This document shows positions 23,901 to 36,675 of a DNA stretch of 50,706 nucleotides, in pieces. The notes beneath the pieces are model-generated. The model was not told the DNA's origin. It searched no databases and was given only the letters and a program-made list of their open reading frames with translations. The stretch's first letter is position 1, and the number at the start of each line of letters is the position of its first letter. A program made the position numbers and the translations under genes. Origin of the DNA: Octopus bimaculoides. Taxonomy: Eukaryota. Location: the NCBI RefSeq assembly GCF_001194135.2, contig NC_068991.1, positions 49,697,031 through 49,747,736 of the forward strand. The letters run 5' to 3'.

Positions 23901-25480
23901 TGCTTTCACTCTACACCAGTGCTCCGCCACCTTTTTTTTATTTTCAGTACACTTATACACTTTTCAAAATTCGGCGGTACACCTGAACTAAAGATATAAC
24001 TAAAAGTATACGGTAAAAAAATCACATTCAGGTTACACTGCGGCCCGCTTAGCATGCTCTACACAGAGTGGGACTGTTAGGCCAAAGGACACAATGAAAG
24101 ACGTAACTTTTAGAAAAATAAGATAACAGAAAAGGAATAAGTTTTGGGAAAAGTGGGTTTACTGAAAGTGAGAGAAAGATATTCACACGTCTGGGGAAGG
24201 CTGGAAAAGACGGGGCCACAGGACTAGGGATTAGCGAGCTAGCTATCCATCCATTTAGTCTGTCGATCTATTCATCCATCCTTCCGTCCATTCATCCTTT
24301 CATCCATCTTTCCATTCTTCCATTCATCCATCAATCCATCTTTCCATTCTTCCATTCATCCATCAATCTATTCATCCATCCATATATCCAGACCATCCAT
24401 TCATTCATCCAGTCCATCGGAAACATCCATTCATCATACCATCCATCCATCTGGTCTATCGGGTCAGTGTATCCACCCATTAATTGGTCCATTCATTTAT
24501 TTACTCCATCCATCCATCCATCCATCCATTGCCAATCTCCATCAATCCATTCATCCAACCAATGCATTTATCTGTTCCATCAATCCATCCATCTGATCAC
24601 TTCACACATCTATCCATCAATCCGCTCCACCACTCCACCCTTCCATCCATCACTCTACACATCCCTTCCAACTGTCCCTTGGATTCCATCCATCCATCCA
24701 TCTAGTCTAACCTTTCATCCATTGTCTAGTTCATCCATGCATCCATTCAGTCCATCCATCCATCCATCCAACCAACCATGCATTCATTGATCCAGTCCAT
24801 CCATCCGTCTTTCCATCTATTTGATCTATCCATCCATCAGTCTACTCATCCATCCTGAGCATCCATCCATCCATCCATCCATTTATGCATCTGGTCATTC
24901 TATCCATCCATCTACGCATCTGGTCAATCCATCCATTCAGTTCATCCATCCAACCAACCATCCATCCATCCATCCATCCATCCAACCATCCAGTTCATCC
25001 ATCCCACTATTGATCCATATATCGGTGCATCCACCAACCAATATATTCGTGCAGCCATACTGTCGATCGATACGATCCATCACACCATCCCTCCTTCAGT
25101 TGACCATTCATATATACATGCATCTTGAATCCATCTAACTATCCATCTATCCATCCATCCGTCCACCCATTGACACGTCCATGAATTCATCCAACCATCC
25201 ATACCACCATTATTCTCTGTGTTCATGAAGGCATGCATAAATACATGTATCAAAAGGTGCATCCACATATCCATCCATGTATTCAAGCATCCTTGCTTCT
25301 GAGTATGCACCCCAGCATCAATATGGCAAACCATTTATCCATACAGCCATACAGCCATCCTTGCGTGCATCCATCCATCTGTCTAACCATCCATCATCTA
25401 TGCATGCATATCAAACCATACATCAGACTATTCATACACCAATCCATTGACTGATCAATCATTCCATGCATTCATTAATC

Positions 25481-25717
25481 CAGGGGTTTTCAAACTTTTT
25501 GACTTGCGGAACGCTTATGAAATTTATACATAAATATTTGCTTAAAATAACATATATTTTTACATTTATTTATTTAACAGTATTTAACAAATAGGTTTAT
25601 TGTCAATTAAAAGATTTCGATTAAAAAACATATATAAAATCAAATTGCCCATAAAAAGTATTTGCTGTCCACGGACCCCCTGTCTTGTCCTTGCGGACCA
25701 CAGTTTGAAAACCCCTG
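25481..25717. mobile_element. hAT-type MITE (237 bp)
   Basis: Perfect 16-bp TIRs CAGGGGTTTTCAAACT / AGTTTGAAAACCCCTG, with the 8-bp TSD CATTAATC at 25473-25480 and 25718-25725. Confidence 0.93.
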
Positions 25718-26723
25718 CATTAATCCATGCATCCATTCATCTATCCATCCCTCCAAGCAGCAATCTGTTATGCATGCACTCACACTCCCATTCACCTATC
25801 TATCAATCCTTTGACACATCTATGCATCCATTCAAGCATCTATCTATCTTTGCATCCTTTCGAGCATCTATCTATCCTTGCATCCAATCATCCCACCAAC
25901 CACCTATGCATCCAAACTTCATTTCTTGCATCCATGCAGCTAGCCATCAACCAATCCATCCATGTTTCCATTCATGCAACCATGCATTTATCTATAAAAA
26001 CATGCATGCATCATTCCATGCTTCCTCCATCCATCAACGTATGCACCCATCCATGCATTCAAGTATTTTTGCACCCCAGCATCCAAACGGCAAACCATGC
26101 ATTCATCCATCCCCCCCAACCATTGATCTACACATCAATCGATCCATTCCTTGATACCTTCGTCTATCCATATACCAATTCAACCATCCATTCATGCATG
26201 CACCAATTCATTCATCCAGCCAACGATGCAGCTATCCATCCATCAAAGCATCCATTCATCTATACAACCCTCCATCCATGCACCGACCTATGCATCCATG
26301 CAACCACCCATCCATACATGCATCAATCCACCTATGATTCATTCATATTTCCATAAATTTACCCATCCGTCCAAGCAACCATCCACCCAGGCAACCATCG
26401 ATCCAGTCGAAGATCCATTCAACCATGCATGCATCCATTCATTCATACCACTATTCATCCACTCTTCCATACATCCATCAATTCATCTATACAAGCATCT
26501 ACCCAGACATCCATTTAACCATCCTTTCATCCATGTGACCATACATACCATACATCCATGCATCTTTCAATCCCTGCATTCATCGATGCATACAACAGTG
26601 CATCCGTGCATCTCAGCATGAATACATCCAAGCATCCATGCATACATCCGTTAATGCATACATGCATAAATTAACCCCCAAAATACATCCATCTGTCTAT
26701 GCATCAATACATTCATGCATTTA

Positions 26724-27071
26724 TAAAGGGGTGACCCCCCCCCCTTTGGTCATGAATGACCATGGGATTACACCGAGAAAGTTACCCTCTGAGGCACATG
26801 TTCAGGCAAGGTTGTTTTATGGAAGACCAGCAATTGTCCATGCATACAAGCCTTCCCTCTCCGCACCACCGATGTTATCCAAGGGAAAGGCAAAGGGGCC
26901 AATACAGCTTGGCACCTGTGACGTCGCAACTCATTTCTACAGCTGAGTGAACTGGAGTAATATGAAATAAAGTGTTTTGCTCAAGAACACAACACAGCCT
27001 GGTCCGGGAATCAAACTCACAACCTCATGACCGTAAGCTAATGCTTTAACCACTAAGCCATGCGTCTTCAC
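26724..27071 (-). mobile_element. tRNA-derived SINE
   Basis: Minus-strand head GTGAAGACGCATGGCTTAGTGG..GAGTTTGATTCC (A/B boxes), then CTTGAGCAAAACACTT and a distinct 3' body. Confidence 0.8.
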
Positions 27072-27306
27072 CATGCATCTATATATATCCAATTATCCAT
27101 CAATGCAAACAATTCTTCATATATACATCTGTTCATTTATCAATGGATCTGTTCATTTTAGGAATCCATCCATACATCTCTTCCTCTAACCATTTCAGCA
27201 TGCTTCCATCTTTACATGCATTCATTTCTATTTACAACCATTGCTTCATGAATCCATTCATGCAGTCATGCATTTAACAATCCAAATACGCATCATTCTA
27301 TCCAAT

Positions 27307-27662
27307 GTGAAGGTGCGTGGCTTAGTGGTTAGGGGTATTCAGTCCACGATCATAAGGTTGTGAGTTCGATTCCTGGTAGCACATTGTGTCCTTGAGCAAG
27401 ACACTTTATTTCATGTTGCTCCAGTACACTCAGCTGATTTAAATGAATAGCACCTGTATTTCAAGGGTCACCTGTATTTCAAAGGTCGCCTGTATTTCAA
27501 GTATCGTCACATTCTGGGTCATGCTGAGTCTCCCTCGGAATTACTTTAAGGGTACACATGCCTGTGGAGTGCTCAGCCACTTGCATGTTAATTCCACGAA
27601 CAGGCTGTTCAGCTGATCGGATCAACTGGAACACTCGCCGCCATAACCGACAGAGTGCCAGT
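27307..27662 (+). mobile_element. tRNA-derived SINE
   Basis: Head GTGAAGGTGCGTGGCTTAGTGG..GAGTTCGATTCC. There is an internal ~19-bp triplication (CACCTGTATTTCAAGGGT), and the tail is shared with 20276-20414. Confidence 0.8.
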
Positions 27663-28205
27663 TATTCCATTCAAGCATGCAACCATCCACACATTCATGT
27701 ATGAACCATCCACCCATTGAACCATCCATGAATCCATCCATTTATGAATTCATTCATACAACCATGCTTTTTATCCCTCCAACCATGCTTCCATCAATAC
27801 ATGCTAACTGCTATCCATCGAACGAAGGATATATCCACCCATGCATTCATACATCCCTCAATCCCAAAATTCATCTAGCCATCCATCCATGTATCCTTAT
27901 AGTCATCTATGCATCCCACCCCCATTCAAACTTCCCTCCATCCATCTCTGAAATCATCCATGCATCCAGCAATTCATCCTTCCTTCTACCCATGCATACA
28001 AGAAAATACCCTTTAATCCATCCATCCATCCACACTTCTATGAATTTATGAATGCATCCATCAATTAATCCCAACCATCTAACCATGCATCCATCCATAT
28101 ATTGATCCCTCCAACCATTCATTCGATCATCTGTGTAAGCCTGGATCCATCCATTCAAACATTTAATCAGCCATCAATTCATCCACCAAACAATATATCT
28201 ATGCA

Positions 28206-28345
28206 GTCAATTCCGCCAAGGTCGACTTTGCCTTTCATCCTTTCGGGGTTGATAAATTAAGTACCAGTTGCATACTGGGGTCGATCTAATCAACTGGCCC
28301 CCCCTCCCCCAAAATTTCAGGCCTTGTACCTAAAGTAGAAAAGAA
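28206..28345 (+). mobile_element. SINE body fragment (Meta-domain-like)
   Basis: GTCGACTTTGCCTTTCATCCTTTCGGGGTTGATAAATTAAGTACCAG..GGGGTCGAT resembles the conserved central domain of MetaSINE-type elements. The assignment is from memory. Confidence 0.5.
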
Positions 28346-29089
28346 TGTATCTGTGCAACCATCTAACAATCCACACATGCATCAATCATTCAATCCATCC
28401 ATTCATCCATCCATTCAATTGATTATCCATGCCTACATCCATGCATCAATCCAGGCATCCATGTATTCATTCAACCCTGCATCCATCTAACCATCCATTC
28501 CTCTATCTAACAATGTGTACATTCATTTGTATGCCTTTCCATGCATCTATCCATCCATCAATCTACACATCCTTCGAAAAATCCATCCATGCACTTATCC
28601 ACACAATTAACCATCCATCAATCCATTCATCCATAAATCTATCCGTGCATTCATCCATGAAACCATCTATCTACGAATGCATCCAGACATCCAACCATAC
28701 TCATCCATTCGTTCATACATACATCTAAATCATCCCTGCAACAACCATCATTCCATCCATAGATGCCTTCATACATCAATCTATTGAAATATCGGCCGAT
28801 CCATGTCTGTATCAATTCATCCAATTGTTCATTCATCCATCCATCCATCCATCCATCTATCCACGCATCCCTTCAACCAAGAAACACTTCATCCAAGAAG
28901 TAGTCAGCCACTCATCCAAACAAACAATCATTCAAACCTGCATCCATCCAATAGCACATCAATTCTTCCATGTTTCCATTCATCCACCCAGCTATGCATC
29001 CATCCATCCATAAATCCATCCATCCATCCATCCATCAATTCATCTATCCATGTAACTGTCCATCGATGTAATCATCCAGGCATGCATCC

Positions 29090-29262
29090 ATGCATCTCTC
29101 AACCTCATCTTGAAGGATGCAGAGGGGCTGGCACAGGACCGCTAGTGATGGAGAACACTGGTGGATCCAGTTGGCTCTACGCATGATGATGCCTCTGGCA
29201 CCACTAACCTGGGGTGAACCCAGACCCATCAGGCAAGAGCATGAAGCAAGCAAGCAAGCAAC
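29090..29262 (+). mobile_element. RTE-like LINE 3' terminus with (GCAA)n tail
   Basis: LILKDAEGLAQDR**WRTLV, matching the RTE C-terminal 'A.DR..WR' motif, then a short UTR and GCAA repeats. Confidence 0.55.
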
Positions 29263-29436
29263 AAACATCCATACATCCACCAAATGCAACCAGCCATGCA
29301 TCCAACTATGCAACCATCCCTCTATGCATTTATTCATGTATCAGTTCATATATATATGTGCATCCATACATCCGTGTGTCTCTCAGCCTGTAGATCCAAT
29401 GATCCATACATCAACTATCATTTCATATATACCTGC

Positions 29437-29530
<94 letters not shown>

Positions 29531-31859
29531 TACATACATACAACTGACTATCTATCCATCCAACCATCCATGCATCAAACTCGCATTCATCTATGCATCG
29601 AGTCACCCGTCTAACAAGCCATCTATAATCCAACTACCCAATTATCTATTCAACCATGCATCCAATAATCTATGCATGCATGCATCCGTCAATTCATGCA
29701 ATCATCCATATGTCTATCTATAAATCCATATATTCATCTATTCTTCAGCCATCAATCCATCCATTAAAATATCCAGCATACATGCATTCATACATGCATC
29801 CATACATGCATGCATGCATGTGTCCATCCATCTATCGGCCAATCCAGCTGTCCTTTCATCCAACCATTCATCCATTCAGTCATCCATGGTTCCAACATTT
29901 CATGCATTAAAACATTCATATATCCATGTTTCACAGTCTTTCCAACCATCGATACATCCATCAATTTATCCTTGTATTGATACATCCATCCATCAATCCA
30001 ACCATCTATAAATCAAAATGCACTTACTTTTCATCCATCAAAATATTCAGCGTCCATCCATCCATCCATCTCTTTAATGACACTTCCCTGCACCCATACA
30101 TCTTTTGTCCATACATCTATCCCTCTATGCTGGCAGCCTTCAATGTACGAGTCCCTACATCCATTCATACATCTACCTGTCTATCCATCCATCCATACAT
30201 ACATGCATACATATATCCGTCCATGCATCCATCCACGCAGCCATACTTCCATCTGTGCCTCATTTTATCTGTCCATTTATCTAATTATTCTTGAATGTAG
30301 TTTCCCATCCCTGTATTAATCTATGTATCCAACAATCATTGTATCCATTGAACCGTACGCTATTACACACATGCATCCATCTATCCAGACATGCAACCGT
30401 CCAGTCATCCATCCATTTATCCATACATGCATATATTTATCTATACAAGCACCTAGTCATGAATATAATTATGCATTCATCCATCTGTCCATCCATCCAT
30501 TCATCCAAGTGTTCAACTTTCCATGTACAATCCGTCCACCATCCATCCATCTACCCTGCCATCCATCCATTTCTCTATCCCCCCCATCCTTCCATCTGTC
30601 CATCCAAACATCAATCCAGCCAACCATCTTTTGTTCATTCAACTACCCATCCTTCCATCCATCCAACCACCCACCAATCCAACCATCAATCCATCTATCC
30701 AGTAGGTCCATCCAATGATGTGAGTCTCCAACTGCCCATCCTTCCATCCCGCCATCAGACTGTCTTGCCTCCATCTGTCTGTCCTTCCATCCCTCTCTCC
30801 ATCTGTCCTGCCATTCCACCATCCATCCATTTATTCATTCATCAATCCTTCTATCCAACTGCCCAGCTATCCATCCATCCATACTTCAAGCCAGCCATTC
30901 ATTCATCCATCTGTCCATCCGTCTGTCAGTTCTTCCATCCATCCGACCTTCCATATGTCCATTCTTTCACGCAGCCATCCATCCATTTCTCTATCTGATC
31001 GTCCATCCATCTAGACGATATAAATATAAGTGCTTTTATATATCATGCATCCATATGAGAGTTCACCTCAAGGCGAAAACCGCAATACTCAGCGTTCTAA
31101 CAAAACATCCACATTAAATTGGATATAAAGATTACCATTTGGTATTAATACTGCTTCCATCAATAGCAATTATTTTTTTAATAAGCCTGCAAGCTATTTG
31201 CAACATTAGTTCATGAAAAGTCACTCGAGTTCTATGTCATTGGCAGTGAGGTTTTGTTTATTTGCAGCAAATGGACAGCTATCTCTGAAAAGTTGCAGTA
31301 CATCGAAATCACGCAATCTGACAGTGCTGGCACCAATAAAAGACTATTCTCATTTCTCAACAATATAAATATGAGTTCTTTTATGCACCATGCGTCCATA
31401 TGAGAAGACCTCTCACGGACAATAACCACAGTAACAAAACATCCACATTAAGTTGGATATAAAGATTGCATTTTGGTATTAATACTGGTTTTGTTGCTAA
31501 TAATTGTTATATATCATTATCCTCATCATCATTTCACATCCACTTTTCCATGCTTGCATGGATTGGACAGAATTTGCTGAGGGAGATTTTTCTACAGTCA
31601 GATGCTTTCCTGTTGTCAACCCTTATCTACTTCCAAGTGAGGTAATATTTCCCCATGATAAGCAGACATACTTTGGAAGACTGTTATGAAGGGCAATATT
31701 TATGTAATGGTGACATCGGCTTGCAACAATCTTGCTATGTCAAGGCAAGGAGACAGTAAAACAAAGACACACACAAAATACATAAACATGTGTGTGTGTC
31801 TGTGTGTGTGTGTGTGTGTGTCTGTGTGTGCGCATATATATATATATTTATACTCACAT

Positions 31860-32007
31860 GATGGGCTTTTTTCAGATTCTGTCTATTAAATCCACTCACA
31901 AGACTTTGGTTGGCCCAAGGCTATATCAGAAGACACTTGATTAAGGTATCACACAGTGGGACAAAACTCAAAACCATGCGGTTGGGAAGCAAACTTCTAA
32001 CCACACA
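31860..32007 (-). mobile_element. Octopus-type tRNA SINE, diverged head fragment
   Basis: Reverse-complement similarity to the first ~150 nt of 7260-7675. Confidence 0.7.
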
Positions 32008-32205
32008 ACGATATCTATACTTACATGTGAAACCGTTAATCCAGACATTTTTTTTCTCTCTCCATTTTCTTTCCTCATTCCTTTCTGTCGAACATTGTAG
32101 ACTCAAAACATCAAAGATTTGTCCATCTTTCCTGAGTGTCAAACTAGTACACTTTGTTTGTTGTTCTCTCACTTATCTCTGTCTTACTTTTGGTACATTC
32201 AAACC

Positions 32206-32242
<37 letters not shown>

Positions 32243-32889
32243 TTGTTTAAAAGAGTTCCAACACTGTCTGTTTTTTATGTTTTATTTATATTCCTGCAGA
32301 ACCAATGTGGGGTATAGAATATGGAATATACAATATATAATATAATATACAATATATAATATAAAATAAAATAAAATAAAAATGGATGGCACCATGAAAG
32401 AAAGTATTGAATGTAGATGAAATATTGAGTGTTCAATATAAAGGATCAAATATATNNNNNNNNNNNNNNNNNNNNNNNNNNNNNNNNNNNNNNNNNNNNN
32501 NNNNNNNNNNNNNNNNNNNNNNNNNNNNNNNNNNNNNNNNNNNNNNNNNNNNNNNNNNNNNNNNNNNNNNNNNNNNNAAAGTAGAAAATGCTAAAATACT
32601 TTTATAAAGAACATTACAGAACCGGTTTCGATCCTTGAGATCTTTTCAATAGTAAATATGAATAATAGATTTTTGAAAAATTATTGAAAAATTAAATTTT
32701 GGTAAATTTCAAAGAAAAGTCTTTTTAAAGACATATTTGTATATTATTCAAGTAACAGCGGCATTTTTCTTGTTTCTGCCTGTCTCTGTTTCACTTGTTA
32801 ACTCTTGTGGGATCGAAGAAGGAGTGCTATGATAGTAGCAGTGTTAATTGGTTGGGTGTCCTGACATTGACCTGTTGATGGACGTAGTG

Positions 32890-33522
32890 AAAGCTAGTCA
32901 CCACATCAAAGTGGCTGTTGATTGTTACTACTAGTTTAACCCCAGGTAAATTCTCCACCAGCTGGTTATCAGTGCAACATTCTGCACCCTTTATATATGA
33001 TATATTGTTAGCAGGGGAAGTGAATTCCTATTACCCTCAAGCAGCTAACAGGACCGCAAGAATGACTCAGTTTCGACCTATTTGGCTCATCTTCAGTCGT
33101 GAGCACCTGTGCACCAGGGTGATAGCCAGAATCTGTTACTGCTAACAATACATTGTAAACAAAATGACCAGTGGTCACTGATTTGCAACAAGCAAAGTAG
33201 CTAGTTATAAAATCTCAAGAAGAGATCAGAGTAGTAACATATACTAAACAGTAAAGCCAGTTACCACATCAAAGTGGCTGTTGAAAATGTTAACTATTTT
33301 AACCCCAGGCAGATTCTCCGCCAGCTAGTTATCGGTACAACACTTTGCACCCTTTATATACAATATATTGTTAGCAGGGAGAGCGAACCCCTACTACCCT
33401 CTAGCAGCTAACATGATCGTGAGAGTGACTCAGTTTCAAGTTATTTGGCTCATCTTCAATCGTGAGCACCTGTGTACCAGAGCGATAACCAGAATCTGCT
33501 ACCACTAACAATATATTGTAAA
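32890..33522. repeat. Diverged tandem dimer, ~270-bp homologous unit, 363-bp period
   Basis: ACCACATCAAAGTGGCTGTTGA, TATTGTTAGCAGGG, TATTTGGCTCATCTTCA and CCAGAATCTG each recur at about +363. Confidence 0.9.
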
Positions 33523-33910
33523 ATAATATATGCATTAGTATATATAAATACACACATACACATGCATATATGTTCATATACTTATATACATATATATATA
33601 TTTGCATGTACACACATCCATTCATATTCATAAAACGCACACACACATACACATGCATGCACACATACATGTATACACACATATGCACACACTTGTATGC
33701 ATATCTGTACAGTCATGTACACACATGTATGCACAGATATAGTTAGATATAACCATGTACACACAAATATACACATGTAAGGACTATACAATGTGAGGTG
33801 CAAGAATGGCTCTTTAGTACCCAATCTCACGGCCATTACAATAAGGAAGAATTGAATGGTTCAGATAAGTGCCAGAGGGAAAAAGAGACATAACTGTGTA
33901 AGAAAGATTA

Positions 33911-34483
33911 GGCGCAGGAGTGGCTGTGTGGTAAGTAGCTTGCTTACCAACCACATGGTCTCGGGTTCAGTCCCACTGCGTGGCATCTTGGGCAAGTGTC
34001 TTCTACTATAGCCTCGGGCCGACCTAAGCCTTGTGAGTGGATTTGGTAGACGGAAACTGAAAGAAGCCTGTCGTATATATGTATATATATATGTATGTGT
34101 GTATGTGTTTGTATGTCTGTGTTTGTCCCCCCAACATCGCTTGACAACCGATGCTGGTGTGTTTATGTCCCCGTAACTTAGCGGTTCGGCNNNNNNNNNN
34201 GAGTGGATTTGGTAGACGGAAACTGAAAGAAGCCTGTCGTATATATGTATATATATATGTATGTGTGTATGTGTTTGTATGTCTGTGTTTGTCCCCCCAA
34301 CATCGCTTGACAACCGATGCTGGTGTGTTTATGTCCCCGTAACTTAGCGGTTCGGCAAAAGAGACCGATAGAATAAGTACTAGGCTTCCAAAGAATAAGT
34401 CCTGGGGTCGATTTGCTTGACTAAAGGCAGTGCTCCAGCATGGCCACAGTCAAAAGACTGAAACAAGTAAAAGAGTAAAAGAG
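33911..34483 (+). mobile_element. Octopus-type tRNA SINE (with apparent assembly duplication around a 10-N gap)
   Basis: Matches 7260-7675. Segment 34035-34190 is identical to 34201-34356. Confidence 0.9.
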
Positions 34484-36139
34484 AACATTTATTGATATGT
34501 TAAAATGTGTGTCTGTGTGTGTGTCATGTATACAGAATAATAGACAGGCTGTCATGAGAACAAAATGTATGTGTGTGTAAGCATGGGTGTATGCACGTGT
34601 TAAGAACATTTAAGGATGGCGATAAGGAGACAGTAAAAGAGTCCATAGCCATTGAAGTGAGAAGTTCAAAGGCACAAGATCAATAATACCAGTTCGTAGT
34701 CAATAGTACAGGGTAGTTGAAATACTGTATCAAGAAGTTACAGTCATGATGCTGAGATGGTTACAGGTACATGTTGTATGTGAAGTTGTGGCTGTGATGC
34801 TGCTGCCTAGGTCACTTGATACAGGAGTTCATGCAAGTTGTATATTCACTGTTGATCTGTGGTGAGATAATTCACAAACAGTGAAATGTTGGAACCTGGA
34901 TGAATTGCTTGCTGAGCTGTGTACATAGAGAGATGATATTGATGATGTTAAGAAGGACATGATGGTGGCAACAAAGATGGAGGTTGCCATAATGCTGTTG
35001 GACGAAGTTGGTGAGTCTCAACGTAGTTGCTGTAGTGGTGGTGTTGTCATCTGGCATTGTCGCTGGAACTGGCTGTGTCTTTGTTGTCAGTGGCTAGACC
35101 TTTAAAGGTCTGGAACCAAAGACTTCAAAACTAGGAAAAGTGGAGTTTTTTATAAGGAGCTGTAGGCTCAAGCAGGGTGATAAGCAGACAGTCCCATGTG
35201 ATCCTATTTAGGGCCTCCGACTGGTTATACGTGGCAGTTGGCGCAATTGAGTAAGAGACAAATTGAGTCAATACCAACCAATCGGAGTTGTGGACACAAC
35301 GGGATCCAAATAGCAGCCAAAGGCTAGCTGTTCCTTGCTACATTCGAATGCACCTATATATGATAAAGGGAGAGGAATTACAACTGAGTCTACACTACAC
35401 ACACATATATAAAAATGTGTGTGTGCATACTTATGCATGTGTAAATGCATTTATTATGCTCATATGCATGTTTGCATGTGTGTGTGTGTGTGTAATAAAA
35501 CAAACAAAGGAAAAAGCAATTCATTCAAAGGGATGTAAAACATCCAATTCACTAGTGCAGCAGATGAATACCACAGAAAAAAGGGGTATAAGTACAAAAT
35601 ACAAATATTAAATGAAACAGAGAAATACAATTGACAAACTAACAATTTATTTACATTATAATATAATATGATGTACTATAAAAAATATAATATAATATAA
35701 GATAACCTAACAATTTTTTTTTTTAATCATATAAAGCCAATGATTTATTTCGACTTATATAAATTATATATATTGACATATATATCTACACATGTTTATT
35801 TATGTGTGTGTCTGTGCATCTATATCCTTTTTTACCGCTTTATTCATTATTCAACTGCTAAACAGGAAAACTATCACAAAAATATGAATTATTCACATGA
35901 TCTTATAGTTGTTTTTATAGTTTATTCAAGAACAATCTTGAGAATTATATTTATATAAATGTAATCCACATAATTTGAGACCAGTTTGATAAATACGAAT
36001 ACACAAAACCTTCATCCCTTGAGTCTCTTGGTAATTTTTGCTGATTATTTATAAAAATATGTATGCATGTAATCAACCCTTGAATTTTATTTCAGCAGAA
36101 GAGCTAAGGCCACTCTCCGTGGAGTGGGCTTAACACTTC

Positions 36140-36330
36140 TGCAAGTGTCATGTGCCAGTTCCGTACAAAAAGCACTCATGCGGTGCCACATTAAAAGCAC
36201 CCAACACACTGTAATGTGGTTGGAATTAGGAAGGGCATCCAGCCATAGAAACCAAACCAAATCAGACTGGAATCTGGTACAGCTCTCCTGCTTGCCAGCT
36301 CTGGTCAAACCATCCGACTGCCAGTTATCT
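36140..36330 (+). mobile_element. RTE-type 3' UTR / tail fragment
   Basis: Shares AAAAGCACCC..GTGGTTGG..TTAGGAAGGGCATC..TAGAAACC..CTTGCCAGCTCTGGT with the 3' UTR of the RTE at 45105-45662. Confidence 0.65.
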
Positions 36331-36359
36331 CAAAAAGGAAGATGCAAACCCTCATCCTG

Positions 36360-36513
36360 GGTTGCTTAAGCATGACTTGCCTTATGATGGCCGAGGACCT
36401 GAGGAGAAGCTTGGGGTGAGGTTGGGAAGATGGAATGTGGGCAGTTTGTGTGGAAGGGGAACTGAGGTGTGCGAGGAATTGAGGAAGAGGAGGGTGGATG
36501 TCTGCAGGAGGCT
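36360..36513 (+). mobile_element. RTE LINE apurinic-endonuclease N-terminal fragment
   Basis: LGVRLGRWNVGSLCGRGTEVCEELRKRRVDVC matches the APE 'xWNV.SL.....L....VDV.(L)QE' motif. Confidence 0.75.
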
Positions 36514-36538
36514 AGGTGTAGGGGTCACGGTGCAAGAT

Positions 36539-36673
36539 AAGGTATTTTTTGATGTTATTATTGTTGTTATTATTATTATCATTATTATTATTATTATTCA
36601 GGTTACTGCCTGGAATCGAACTTGGAATCTTGGGGTTAGTAGTCTGCGCTCTTAACCACTACGCCATATGCCC
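36539..36673 (-). mobile_element. tRNA-headed (AAT)n element, left arm (3'-truncated)
   Basis: Minus strand: GGGCATATGGCGTAGTGGTTAAGAGCGC..CCAAGTTCGATTCCAGG (A and B boxes), (AAT)n, then AATAACATCAAAAAATACCTT. Confidence 0.75.
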
Positions 36674-36675
36674 AT

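Larger units (their letters stand above)
24244..31012. repeat. ~6.8 kb degenerate (ATCC)n / (CCAT)n low-complexity tract
   Basis: Continuous CCAT/TCAT/GCAT variants on one strand, interrupted by TE insertions. All HPS-rich ORFs in the track derive from it. Confidence 0.95.

Noticed and set aside
34035-34356. Apparent tandem duplication inside a SINE
   Set aside because: 156 bp are identical, including microsatellite length, on both sides of a 10-N gap, which is typical of an unmerged contig overlap.
34720-35120. Coding-like segment with a G|GTGAGT donor near 35010 and short ORFs on both strands
   Set aside because: The acceptor is weak, in-frame stops lie nearby and there is no recognisable homology; this is not enough to call an exon.
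36599-36673. Functional tRNA gene
   Set aside because: The acceptor and anticodon stems do not pair properly and the sequence runs into an (AAT)n element, so it is treated as a SINE-type head.
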